The translations under genes were made by a program, and so were the position numbers. Shown here in pieces: positions 12,500-24,989 of a DNA stretch of 64,000 nt (position 1 is the stretch's first letter; each line of letters opens with the position of its first letter). The notes under the pieces were generated by a model. It worked only from the letters and a program-made list of their open reading frames with translations, did no database searches and had not been told where the DNA came from. The stretch comes from Octopus bimaculoides (Eukaryota), in the NCBI RefSeq assembly GCF_001194135.2, contig NC_068998.1:25601696-25665695 (forward strand), read 5' to 3'.

Positions 12500-14760
12500 A
12501 TTCCTACGGCTCTTTCAGGGGTTCGATCCTGCAAGTAAAAAATGAAGTGAGTGAACGTCTCCTTCATCAGAGAAAAGGTAATGTTTACAGTAGAAATGCA
12601 TTCGGTTCATTGCTAAGGTAGAGGTAACTGGAAGTTTTATGGACAAACAGGTATATCTATGCAAATGGTGGATGTCTATATGAGGACTAATGGGAGTAAA
12701 ATTACATTACTTACTGTCTTTATGAAAATGTATATTCATATTTGTAATATGGTTTTATAGGCAATATGGTTTTATAGGCAATATGGTGTTAGGCTGTGTG
12801 ACGTAACTTAGTAAGGCTATTATTGAGTACATTTCGATTAAAAAAGTCTTATGAAAGTTGAGTAATATATGTGGGTACACGAATGAATAGCATCGGAAAA
12901 CTTGTTTAATACAGTAAAATCATACAGGTGGAGGATAGTTTATAATTCTTTTATGCAGATTCTACATCGGCCTATAATCGTTGTGTAAGTTGGTGGGGGG
13001 GGGGGCATATCTACAATGGGCCAGGATAATTTATAATTGATGTTCTGTAATTTGTATTCATGTATGTACCTAGCTAGTGCCCTTGAGTTTTGTTTAAATA
13101 TTTTAGCCTACCGAATGAATTTTTATTGGGGTCTATATCGTGTTTTAAAATCTATAGTGCTTCCTATGTATACTCTTATTTGATGTTGTTCATTTCTCAC
13201 ACTGGATTTATAAATTACATTTTTTCGTAAACAAAATCCAGCGAGTAGACATATTTCGGGGATCCTACAATTATAAGTTTTTGCATTCCTGTCTTTAATT
13301 TTACTCAGATCTATTAAGGTTGTGTCGAGTTGGCAAATGTTTACTTAGGATTGATTGCGTTTAGATTTTCTTTTTTTGTTTCATTGATTTTAATTTGGAC
13401 ATATATGGGGTACCATATGGTGATCTAAGCTTTTAGTCATTTTAAGTTGGAGCTTATTTCTATTTGTGGATGCAATTATATATCCCAAATCTGGCGAAGT
13501 AGAGTAAGATATCTTTGTAGAGTGTTTGCTAAATATAGCGTAATATTTGTGGTGCTTAGTAAAATTTAATTTCAAGATCTTAAAGAGCAGTTTTGGTAAT
13601 TTTTTTTTACTCTGAGAGTAAATGGGGTCGGGGCAACCAGACAATTTTTGTATTTCTAGATCTAGAGTGGGTTACCACATTAGGGTGTTCAAATACAGGG
13701 GGACTACATTTATTACGGTTAGTAAAATGAAGATTATGAAGTTTAGTGTGGTTAGCAAAAGGTTTTCTGATACGTTTATAATTCAAGGAAGAAATTGTAT
13801 TAGTAATTTCAAGAATAATATCCCATAAGAGATTAGTTAATTTAGCATTGAGTTTGGTATCACGGATATAGAAAATATGATCATGAAGGCTGCTTAATTT
13901 TAGAGCTTGATTATAAAATGGAGAATGTGTATTATACATGTATATCTACTACATATGTGGGAAATTCTGTCTGTGAGTGTATTTATGGAGTTGTTAGCTA
14001 ACTCCTCCTACATCGTTTTATCTATTTTGATGAAACGTGACACGTGAGTAGAACGCATGTCTGAAAAACTCATAGCATATTCAGATTGTTGAAAAAATCT
14101 GTAGTAGTGCCGCTGGAAGAGACCCTTATATATAATATATTTTATTTTAAAAACCAAGGGAAATAACCTATTCGTCCCTGGAAGGGATCCTTATATATAG
14201 CCAAGGGAAATAACCCATTCATTTTCCTAAATTATTTGGGAAAAATGAAATTGAGTATGCTTATTTCTTAGTATTTGAAAAGTTAGAGCTATCTTCGCAT
14301 TTTATCCAGTACAACCCTTAAACAAGTAAATAGTATTTTCCTAACCAACATATCCACCTATTTCAGTAAGTGACTTATTCACGAATATACCAACACTAGC
14401 ACCCTTGAGGGTAATATTCTCTGGGAATGCACAACAGCCCTTTTCAGAGTTATTTACTTTGAATTGTTATTATCTCATATTTGATTAGCCTGTTATTACA
14501 TAACACGCTTCACGGTTTTAGTATACATACCTTATTAGTATTTATTGGAATTTCCTCCTATGTCCTATATACTCTGGGAACGCATTAAAGCCCTTTTCCG
14601 GGTTCTTTATTTGAATTCTTACTATCGGGTAACTGACTTCACAATTTGGGTATTCATAACTTATTGGGAATTCCTAAAAACAAGATCCTGTGTAAGACGG
14701 TTCGATATTCTCTGTAAATGCACAAAAACTGTTTTAAGGGCAACATGCTTTGTGTTGTTG
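12500..14760 (-). mobile_element. Penelope-like element with GIY-YIG endonuclease, no recognisable RT
   Basis: RNTKIVWL/DPIYSQ..FTKHHKYYAIFSKHSTKISYSTSPDLGYIIASTNRNKL; then YNCRIPEICLLAGFCLRKNVIYKSSV..VYIGST.DFKTRY..ALARYIHEYK..YKLSW..GRCRICIKE (GIY-YIG); frameshifted. Confidence 0.85.
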
Positions 14761-14842
14761 TTATTGGATTAGCGAAACAATTATGAGAACGGCACCAAGG
14801 AATAAGCTCCGCTTTCCTGTGAATTACCGGGTACATCAGCGA

Positions 14843-14990
14843 GTATGTGTGTGTGTGTGTGTGCGTGTGTGTGTGCCTGTGTGTGTGTGTGTGCGTGTGT
14901 GTCTGTGTGTGTCTGTGTGTCTGTCTGTGTGTGTGTATGTACGTATGTATGTATGCATGTATGTATGCATGGATGCATGCATGCATGGAT
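14843..14990. repeat. (TG)n/(TCTG)/(TATG) microsatellite
   Basis: Direct inspection. Confidence 0.95.
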
Positions 14991-16343
14991 ACAGAGATGT
15001 AGACTGGTAGTAGCTGGATAGATAAATACCTAAAGTTATAACTTTACTATGCAAAACAAAATATATTCTTTTGCACTCATTAGTTTTAGAAATAGAGTAT
15101 ACGCAATCAGGTTATTAGTTGAAAACAGGGTTATTAGTTTTGTAAACACATCAGTCGTTACTATGTAATGAAGTCTTGTGTGACATGAATTATATTCATT
15201 TTATAAAGTAAGTTATAATACCAGAAGTATTGCCGTCATTAAAAAAAGTATGAAAGAGCAATTGTCCTGATTTTATATAAGAATGCTGGTATTGCAACAT
15301 TATTAAATAAATTAGAGATAGTAATTTTATTGAGTAAGTATCATCTAATTCTAGTAGCTTTCGATCAGAAAATACTGAGTTTCTGATACAGAGAAAAAAG
15401 TGTGTTAAACTGTGGAGCACAAAATAACGAAAATAATTTCTGCACCGTTGCCAATGTTGAAGAAGAGCAGACTGATTTTATTTTCGCTATATCTAAAAAC
15501 TGTTCACATGGAAGACAAATAAACATTCTTTCTCTAATCGAAAGTAAACGTTCTTAAATTAACCATAGAGATAATGTATTGCATTGGTCCGACATATGCA
15601 TCCACTTTCCATATAAGAAAGAAATATAAAGAACGTCAGTTCATGACAAAAATGTTATATCTACCTTCATTCGCGAGTGCCAATGGTTTGGTAACTTATA
15701 GCATGCCACTGCTTATTGTTTTAGTTGACTACGTTGTTACGAGCAGATTTGAGCAGCCTCTCAGCCTCCAAATTTTAGACTCAAGGGTACATACTATATA
15801 TGACCGCTAGAGCGAAAAAGTGCCACACGAGCGGGCGGTTGCTGCATATCTGCAGCTTTGTAGACGAGAGCATCTTAAAAGGAAGTGGCTTAACCATTTA
15901 GCATTTGAACCGGCCATATCAGGCACAAAGATTTTACATGTTTTATGTTCAAAATTACTAGATCCAATATCTGATACCTACCCGACAGAATCATTCAAAC
16001 CTCAAAGCTACACGATAATGCTTGATTATTTCAAAACAATGTGAATATATATACATTACATTTGAATGAGTAATCTAAACGCCAAAGGTTTATTACAGCA
16101 CACAACACACATTCGAAAATAAGTTAACTTTGTCAATATTACAATAAAAGAAATCATACTACTTGTTTGGAAAGAAAGTTAGTTCGACAAATATTTGCTT
16201 TCGACTACAATTCCTCATCTGAGATGTTTAAAACAAGAATTCAAGGAATTCAATGGCATTTTATTAAATGAATAAGAAGTTGCACAATTTTTAAAATAAT
16301 TTTCACAACATAATCATTATATGTTTCTCTCTTTTATTGTCAG

Positions 16344-16398
16344 GTTTGTAAAATATGCAAATGAGGATGGAAAGCTTTTTATGAAAAGACATTTTTGA
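16344..16398 (+). CDS. Candidate terminal exon xFVKYANEDGKLFMKRHF*
   Basis: Strong acceptor tgtttctctcttttattgtcag, 18 codons to TGA; no homology recognised. Confidence 0.25.
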
Positions 16399-17019
16399 AA
16401 ATTAATGATCCCCCTTCTCTTTATTCCTGACCAATTTTGTCCAATTTCTTTTTGCAATACACACTTTAAAACAATGATAGTCGCCTTTTCTGTAAAAAAG
16501 AAAAGTTAAATATTTTTTTGACAACACACTTAAAAACGATGGAAATCGGCGATCACCATTATAATCCACACTTCCTTTATTTTCAAACCGTAAATGTATC
16601 GTAATTTAGACACAATAGTGTAATTTTTAAAATGTTTTCATTAACTCGCACCTACAAGTTCTAAAATTTCGGCGTTTTTTCGAATATTTTCAGATAATTT
16701 TAAAATACGGGAGTCAGAATCTGCAATTTGCTTCTATTTATAAATTCAAAATAATTTTTGTTTGTAATTTCAAAATAATTTTCAGACGAAGAGATTTGTG
16801 ATTTAAGGAAGATTTAGCTGTGGTTTCTAGCACATCTCACCTAGTACCTTCCTCGCTTCTTTGTGACTGTAACGTGTATCGATGTGTTTTGATATTTCTT
16901 ACCCCACAATCACATTTTATGATAATGTGGTGGTTCATTGTTGGGATATAAGCAACATCAAATATTTGTAATGTAAATTTTTAACCCCACGCTGCAGCAA
17001 GTGAGTCAGTATCTATGTA

Positions 17020-17021
<2 letters not shown>

Positions 17022-17110
<89 letters not shown>
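17022..17110. repeat. (TG)n microsatellite
   Basis: Direct inspection. Confidence 0.98.
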
Positions 17111-17113
<3 letters not shown>

Positions 17114-17139
17114 AGCACTCACAGAGAGCCGTCTGTGAG

Positions 17140-17315
17140 TGCTCAGTTTACTTCATCACTACGCTCTCGTAACTTAGCGGTTCGGCAAAAAAAAAAACAT
17201 AGAAAAATTACTCGGCTTAATAAATAAGTCCTGGGGTAAATGAGTTCGTCTAATAAAATACCTTCCAGATGGTGCTCCGGTATGGCGGCAGTGACTGAAA
17301 CAAATAAAAGAATAA
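17140..17315 (+). mobile_element. SINE family 2 tail
   Basis: cgtaacttagcggttcggcaaaa...ggtgctccggtatggcggcagtgactgaaacaaataaaagaataaa. Confidence 0.85.
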
Positions 17316-17334
17316 ACGAATACACACACACACA

Positions 17335-17367
17335 CAGATAAATAGATAGACAGACAGGCAGACAGGC

Positions 17368-17438
<71 letters not shown>

Positions 17439-17475
17439 AAGATAGATAGATAGAAAGATAGATAGATAGATATGT
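17335..17475. repeat. (GACA)n/(GATA)n microsatellite
   Basis: Direct inspection. Confidence 0.97.
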
Positions 17476-18183
17476 AAGTATATAAGGATATATATGGGCT
17501 TGTGAGTGTGTGAGTGCTCATTTGTTCGTGCATAAGCACATATACATATATTCTTAGATATATGAGCTTACGTATGTGTCGTATACATCGCTTTATATTC
17601 CATTTACGTAGATATAAATAGTAATACAGAATCCATTCGCGGAATTCAAAGATTTTATCACCACAATAAATCTTCCTATTAAGAAAGATCTAAATTTATA
17701 ATAGTTTAAAAAGAATATTTTCAATTAGATTTAAACTATTATATATTTGTTAGTCTCTAATGTAATAACAAATCAACTTTTCTTCCTTTTCAAAGGAAGT
17801 GTTAACTTTGTAGTGACATCCTTCTGAGACACATCACAAGTGGAGTTTACTCTGATGTGACAGCTAAACAATGGAATGTGGTTATTAACTGAGCTGATGT
17901 TAGCGATAAGAGAAACAGTGAATGACAATAGACTTTCAATGCAATATGGAAATGAATTTGATATCGTGATATCATTAAAACCATGGAATAAATCATCTAT
18001 TAATAACTATGAACAGAAAAGTATTTTTGTAACTATCAGAGTTATAGATTTCTTCCGTGATTAACTGCGATCCTGAGAATTGATTTTTATATTTATAACT
18101 ATTTTATGCGGATATAAAGATTTAAATTATACTATGTTGTTTGCAGGAATTATAGATATATAATGTTTTACCATTCACTGCAG

Positions 18184-18285
18184 TAACATGTAATGTAGAC
18201 GTCAGTAATTCTGTAAAATTTGATGATGAATGGTCATGTTCATGCTTAATATATGACATATCAAAAGAAAACGTGATCACTACAG
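18184..18285 (+). CDS. Candidate 102-nt phase 1-1 exon xTCNVDVSNSVKFDDEWSCSCLIYDISKENVITT
   Basis: Acceptor ttttaccattcactgcag, weak donor AG|gttata, open Cys-containing frame. Confidence 0.25.
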
Positions 18286-18836
18286 GTTATACGGCCATTT
18301 AAAATAGCAACTAATTCTCCTTGAAATCATCAGCTGCAGACTTCCAAATAATAAGAAGCACTGGATATTGTAGATCTAATTAAGATAGAATACATTCAAG
18401 CAGTAGGCGATTGTCAGTGGGGTACAAAGCTCTGACAAAAGCAGATGCCTTTAGTAATATTGGAATCCCAAATAACAATAAATGCAGCAACATAAAATTT
18501 ACTGTTTTCTTCTGCATTGTTGCAGTAACTCCGTACGTATATTATCAAACATGAACCTTACTCTATTACCCTATATANNNNNNNNNNNNNNNNNNNNNNN
18601 NNNNNNNNNNNNNNNNNNNNNNNNNNNNNNNNNNNNNNNNNNNNNNNNNNNNNNNNNNNNNNNNNNNNNNNNNNNNNNNNNNNNNNNNNNNNNNNNNNNN
18701 NNNNNNNNNNNNNNNNNNNNNNNNNNNNNNNNNNNNNNNNNNNNNNNNNNNNNNNNNNNNNNNNNNNNNNNNNNNNNNNNNNNNNNNNNNNNNNNNNNNN
18801 NNNNNNNNNNNNNNNNNNNNNNNNNNNNNNNNNNNN

Positions 18837-18893
<57 letters not shown>

Positions 18894-19309
18894 TATGTAT
18901 ATACATATATGTAATTATATGGGCATACACGTCAACACATACGCACGCACGCGCGCAAATTTATATATATTTAAATATGTATGCATGCGTTTGAGTGTGT
19001 GGGCCTGTATGTATATATGCACGTGTGTTCGTATGTTTCTTGAAGGCATGGGTTTATGATTTGAGATCATGTTTGTGTCTTCTCTCAACTATACAGTCAT
19101 CAAAAATAATTACTGAACGCGTGGTGCACGTTAGGAGATCCTACTCGTTCCACGACTTAGAAACCTGTCCGGCGTCACTAAGGCCCCTAGAACTGCAGTG
19201 TAATACCGGATATACGCAAATAATACTGCTACTTCAGTTTACCGTTTAGTACTGAACCCGGGTGTGCACCAAATAAACAAAAATCTCTGAATATCTTGAA
19301 TCACACCTT

Positions 19310-19329
19310 CTTCTATCTCTCTCGCTATC

Positions 19330-19382
<53 letters not shown>

Positions 19383-19546
19383 CTCTCTCACTCTCTTTCT
19401 CTCTCTCTTTCTCTCTCTCTCTTTCTCTCTCTCTCTTTCTCTCTCTCTCTCTTGCCCTCACTCACACTCTCAATTTTTCCATCTCGCTCCCCCTCTCCCA
19501 TTTCCCTCTTTCCGTCTCCTCCTCTCTCTCTCTCTCTCTCTCTCTC
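19310..19546. repeat. (CT)n polypyrimidine microsatellite running into a gap
   Basis: Direct inspection. Confidence 0.97.
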
Positions 19547-20171
19547 NNNNNNNNNNNNNNNNNNNNNNNNNNNNNNNNNNNNNNNNNNNNNNNNNNNNNN
19601 NNNNNNNNNNNNNNNNNNNNNNNNNNNNNNNNNNNNNNNNNNNNNNNNNNNNNNNNNNNNNNNNNNNNNNNNNNNNNNNNNNNNNNNNNNNNNNNNNNNN
19701 NNNNNNNNNNNNNNNNNNNNNNNNNNNNNNNNNNNNNNNNNNNNNNNNNNNNNNNNNNNNNNNNNNNNNNNNNNNNNNNNNNNNNNNNNNNNNNNNNNNN
19801 NNNNNNNNNNNNNNNNNNNNNNNNNNNNNNNNNNNNNNNNNNNNNNNNNNNNNNNNNNNNNNNNNNNNNNNNNNNNNNNNNNNNNNNNNNNNNNNNNNNN
19901 NNNNNNNNNNNNNNNNNNNNNNNNNNNNNNNNNNNNNNNNNNNNNNNNNNNNNNNNNNNNNNNNNNNNNNNNNNNNNNNNNNNNNNNNNNNNNNNNNNNN
20001 NNNNNNNNNNNNNNNNNNNNNNNNNNNNNNNNNNNNNNNNNNNNNNNNNNNNNNNNNNNNNNNNNNNNNNNNNNNNNNNNNNNNNNNNNNNNNNNNNNAC
20101 GAAATATCATTAATCGCTTCTATTGTATTCAGGTAGCTTTATCCGGCAGTCAACCCAAAACACATATATTT

Positions 20172-20225
<54 letters not shown>

Positions 20226-21643
20226 TTATATATATATATATTGACACAGTATGGCGGTTTAGTTGAGTATTCAGTGCAGAACAAAGCAATACAAAGACGT
20301 GAAGTCAGGCAGACAAAAGATGAATATTGACTGAGTAGTATATAAAATGACTTTCTAAGTTTTCTCCTCTATACACAGCTTTTTTTTCTTTTCTGGCATA
20401 TGTATAACTCAATAAAAATATTCAGCTTCTCTAGTTGAAGCAGTGTTTGTTATGAGAAAGAAAAATTCATTAGCACAAGATATTTTTTCTCGATTCTGGA
20501 AGACTTACTAGTTTTATGATATAATAGATGTAGTACTGTATTGTCCTAATCAGATAATTCCATTGTGATATTAATGTGATAGACTTGACTATGAAATATG
20601 AAAATTTCTGTGAAGAATATTTAGATGAGGTTAATTTGTAATTATAACTAAAGATGTATTCGATCACATGTTTAACGTCGAAACTCCTAGGTTTACGCAC
20701 ATTAATATTAAAATACCCTGTTGCAGAAGGAGAAGATAGTATATATGGTTAGCTATCATTCTTTGAATATCAGAAGCAGCGGTCTCTAAACCAAGCAAAT
20801 ACAACATTTGATAAGCACGTCATAGGATGAAAGAAGGTGAGAAACTTGAGGACGGAGCAATTAATTATTTACAAATATAATGTCGTTAGTTAACAAGCAA
20901 AAGTATTAGCAGTGACCCTCGGACACAAGATATGATTAGCAAGAAAATCTAAACCACGAACATTCAGTTGTCTATGGGATGATATCGTTCAGTAGTTTTG
21001 CTCTCTACTGAGTGTGCCTATGTATCATAAATGTATTTACACAAACAGATGGATTCTGTGGAAGAAGTAAAATTGAATTTATTATTTCAAACAATGGAGA
21101 GAGGTATTTTGAGGGAGAGTTTTCAATATTTGAATGAAATTTGTTAAAGCATCTCTTGAACAAACCGGACAGAATTCTAAGCTCGAGAGACTTTCGTATA
21201 AATCTGTCTTCATTTGATTCAGATGTAAAGCACATATCGCAAATAATGTAGGTAACAAAAAAGTAGGTGAAAGGAATATATTTACATTACATTAACAAAT
21301 TATATTACAGACATGCTGCATTTCCTACTAAAGTGTTTTTTCGATATATTGTTGGTTATTTGATTTGATTTTTTTCTCTGCAAATATACAAACGCACACA
21401 CACGTACACATACACACATACGTCCACAAACACAAACAGACACACGCACGCATGCAGATATACACACATATACGTGTGTGGGTGTTTGTTTGTGTGTGTA
21501 GCGTATACATGCACATGTGAGAGGACAAACGAAAGAAAGACGCCGTATACTGACGAAATAAGTTTCTGAGACGAGCCTATGGAGACGAATCAAGCCTATA
21601 GAGAAGAATAACAACAGCATAAATAATACATGTATATAAATAT

Positions 21644-21676
<33 letters not shown>

Positions 21677-22019
21677 NNNNNNNNNNNNNNNNNNNNNNNN
21701 NNNNNNNNNNNNNNNNNNNNNNNNNNNNNNNNNNNNNNNNNNNNNNNNNNNNNNNNNNNNNNNNNNNNNNNNNNNNNNNNNNNNNNNNNNNNNNNNNNNN
21801 NNNNNNNNNNNNNNNNNNNNNNNNNNNNNNNNNNNNNNNNNNNNNNNNNNNNNNNNNNATATGTGTGTGTATATATATGTATACATATACAAGCGAAACA
21901 GGAATTTTACGATAATATTTAATTTTCTTGACTTAGTTTTGCATGTTTATATTTTATCGCCTTGAAAATATTCTCTATTTGAAGCAATGCAGCTGTCAGA
22001 CGCGTTTTCCACAGTTCTA

Positions 22020-22667
22020 AGTAGAGCTGATACACTTGCAAAGTGATGACTTTGAAAGCCTCCATCGTTGTTTTGTTTTTTTATTCATCTTTTACAAATC
22101 TACAAATTCCGAAGAACCAGTTTTCTTCACCAGTAGGGACCTTCGAAAAAAGGTCCGGATCAATTTCAAGCTTCAGGACACACCACTTATATCAACACAT
22201 TGGTCAATTGTTCAGTGATTGTCCTCCAATATCCATTCATGAATTTGCATGATGTTCTCCTTCGTTCGGGGTCGACAGAAGCCCTGAACTAGCTTGGTCT
22301 TCAAGCGACAAATGACCATTCCGAAAGGATGAAAACCACCCGTAAACTTGTGTTTTGCTCATGGCAGCGTCTTTGTAAGCTGTTTGAAGCATGACAACTG
22401 TTTCGGCCGTCGTTTTCCCCAGCAAAAAACATAACTTTACGGAAGCACGCTGGTCTTTCGGTTCAGCCATCACAAAAATCTTAGAACATGGGAGAAGCAC
22501 TGCAAACCGAAGACGAAACACGTGTTGCAATAGGACTTCACTCGATGATTCCGGTCGGCATACTGATGCCAGAGGGTCGCATCAAATTGCTTCTAGCAGT
22601 ACAAGCCTGAACTACAACAGGCTTGTACCATAGAGAACATTTCCGGTTACTTTTGGATAAATCTACT
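22020..22667 (-). mobile_element. Mariner 5' fragment
   Basis: MAEPKDQRASVKLCFLLGKTTAETVVMLQTAYKDAAMSKTQVYGWFSSFRNGHLSLEDQ (mariner HTH); TIR-like tatccaaaagtaaccggaa near 22640-22667. Confidence 0.92.
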
Positions 22668-23489
22668 ATATATTTATATGATGCGTTTGTATATATATAT
22701 NNNNNNNNNNCTAAATGAGAAAACAAGCCAGCTGTTGTGACTCAATTTGAATTCAGAGTTTTATTCTCCTATACTGGTTGTCATAATCACCTCCTCGTTT
22801 CAACAGGAGCCCAGAGTTCCCCCATCAACAGTCATGGTTTTGATAGTGCAGCCAGTTAAGGGACTGCCATGACAGAGTGTCCTTCTCCTTAAAGAGTTAC
22901 CTTCACCACGGCTAATGAGCCTCATCACCCCCCTACACACACAGTATATATATACATATANNNNNNNNNNACTCCGGTTTAAAACCTACAGTGAACTTAG
23001 TACTAATCATCTTGCTTTGCTTGTCACTGGAATCCAATATTTTGACCTAGAGAGTGGCAAAAACTGTTGTACAAGCGTTTGTTACTGAAATGCAGTGAGG
23101 TACAGAGGTCCCCGACAATCCCAATCATCGTACAGTCATCACTTTTTAGAAGTCCTATTGCAATAGAGGCGCGGTGACGTATGCAGACTTGATCGGTTGG
23201 AAGCATACAGTTACAAATCTACATAAAAGGCGGCAAGGTTCTCATCTTAACATCGCTAACATGTTTTCATGGATAAGAACTGTTTTCGGTGGAGAATCCT
23301 GTGTCTGAGAAGCATTTTTTATGGCGAACACTGCTCTCCTGGATATATTGGGAAGATACTAGAAAATGTGCACTAAAAATTGTATGTCCTTTCTCTGCTG
23401 GTTAGTTTACTGCAGTGGTTCAATTTAGCAGGAATGAACAAATAATTGATAAACAATGATAACAAGTATGCAAGTATTAAGGTTTCTCT

Positions 23490-24930
23490 TAATCAGGCCT
23501 GTTGGAATGTGAGAACCCTTTACATTGAGCAGATGGCACCTTTGTTTACCTTGGAAGCACACTGTCGGGAGATGGTGGCCTTGATGTAGAGATACACTAT
23601 CGAATAGTGAAGGAAAGTGTTACATTTGGAAAGATTTTAGCACGGTAATCGGTATCAGATTTTGGAGATCTGGTCGCATTTTCAATTTGTCGCGGTTTAA
23701 CTGCAAAGCAAAGACTTTCAAAACACTTGTTACAGAATTAATTTATACTGATGATACTGATTTGTTGGCACAATCACAGAGGAATATGGACATATAATGG
23801 GCGGGTTTTCCACTAAATGTGTACATTTCGGACTCACGCTTCGTCTGGGGAAAACCAAAGTAATGTTTACTCCCGTGCGACGACAAATATATTCTGAACC
23901 AAACATGTTTGTGAATTGAAAAAGGTTAGAAATCGTTGGCACCTTTGTTTACCTTGAAAGCACACTGTCAGGAGATGGTGGCCTTTATGCAAAGATATAC
24001 TATCGAATAGGGAAGGGAAGTGTTACATTTGGATGGCTCGAAAAGCGAGTATGGGCGGATAGAGGTATTTTACTGCAGACAAAAATCAGTGTCTATAAAG
24101 TGTGTATTGACTGCACTTCTTTATTCAAGTGAGACGTGGGCAACTTACAAGCTCATATAGGAATGCTGGAGAAATTTCATCAAAAATGCCTCACACGTAT
24201 CTTAGGAGTCAAGTGCGAATGCTCCATATCAGATACAGAAGTTTGGGGTATGGCATGATGTAGCTCATGTGAATAACATGTTAGCTTGGCTCAAATGAGA
24301 TGGACTGGATGTGTTATTAAAATGAAAGGCGAGCGATTGCCAAAGCGGCCACAACATAAGCGGAGGAAAAGGTACAATGGTTGTGTGAAGGAAAACATGC
24401 AGAAACTATATTTGATCAAAAGGGATTGGGAAATTGATGTTCTAGATCGGAACAAGTGGAGAGGTGCTGTTAGGAGCGGCTGCAATACCCGACAGGAAAT
24501 GATGATTCAGCACTCTGAGCTTAAAAGGGCCTATCGCGAAGGAACAATTGAAACTCAGTCAACAGAGAACATTGGATGTGTATTATAGATGATCGTTTTC
24601 TGTTGTCAAAAGTAGGATACGTGAATCATATGAAGTCACACGAAAATCGAAATACCCAGCTGGATAATAATCTTGGACACCAACCGCCTCTTATGACTTG
24701 TGTCATATGTCACAAAACTTGTAAGACAATATCTGGACTTAAAAGGCATATGCTAGTTCACAAAGACATTTCTTCAGAATCAGATTCCAATGGGCAAAGA
24801 TTTAGAAGAAATCGAATATCTGTCAATTGTGTTTTAAACCCTATCAGTCAACAGCTGATCTTAAAAGTCATCTGCGGACTCATGAAGGGAGGGATTGTGC
24901 TGTGTGATAGGATGTGGTGTGTGTGTTGAT
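23490..24930 (+). mobile_element. RTE-clade LINE, internally deleted/rearranged, with C-terminal C2H2 fingers
   Basis: ACWNVRTL (EN start), FGLTLRLGKTKVM, FVYLESTLSGDG, KFHQKCLTRILGVK, MRWTGCVIKMKGERLPK, DRNKWRGAV; then CVICHKTCKTISGLKRHMLVH and CQLCFKPYQSTADLKSHLRTH. Confidence 0.92.
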
Positions 24931-24989
24931 GGGACCGCTAACGTTTGTCAAGATAAAGCAATCATACATTGATTGACCGTTGACTGAAT

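Noticed and set aside
14020-14070. ttgatga-aacgtgacacgt hairpin as a hammerhead
   Set aside because: No GAAA at the required position and wrong strand for the adjacent element
6641-15786. Chain of phase-compatible candidate exons (6641-6766, 8409-8546, 15725-15786) giving GRRIDYVV, like the RRIDY motif of neutral sphingomyelinases
   Set aside because: The motif is created only by a hypothetical junction; no other family motifs (GDFN, SDH) are present, and the first piece lies within a probable decayed LINE
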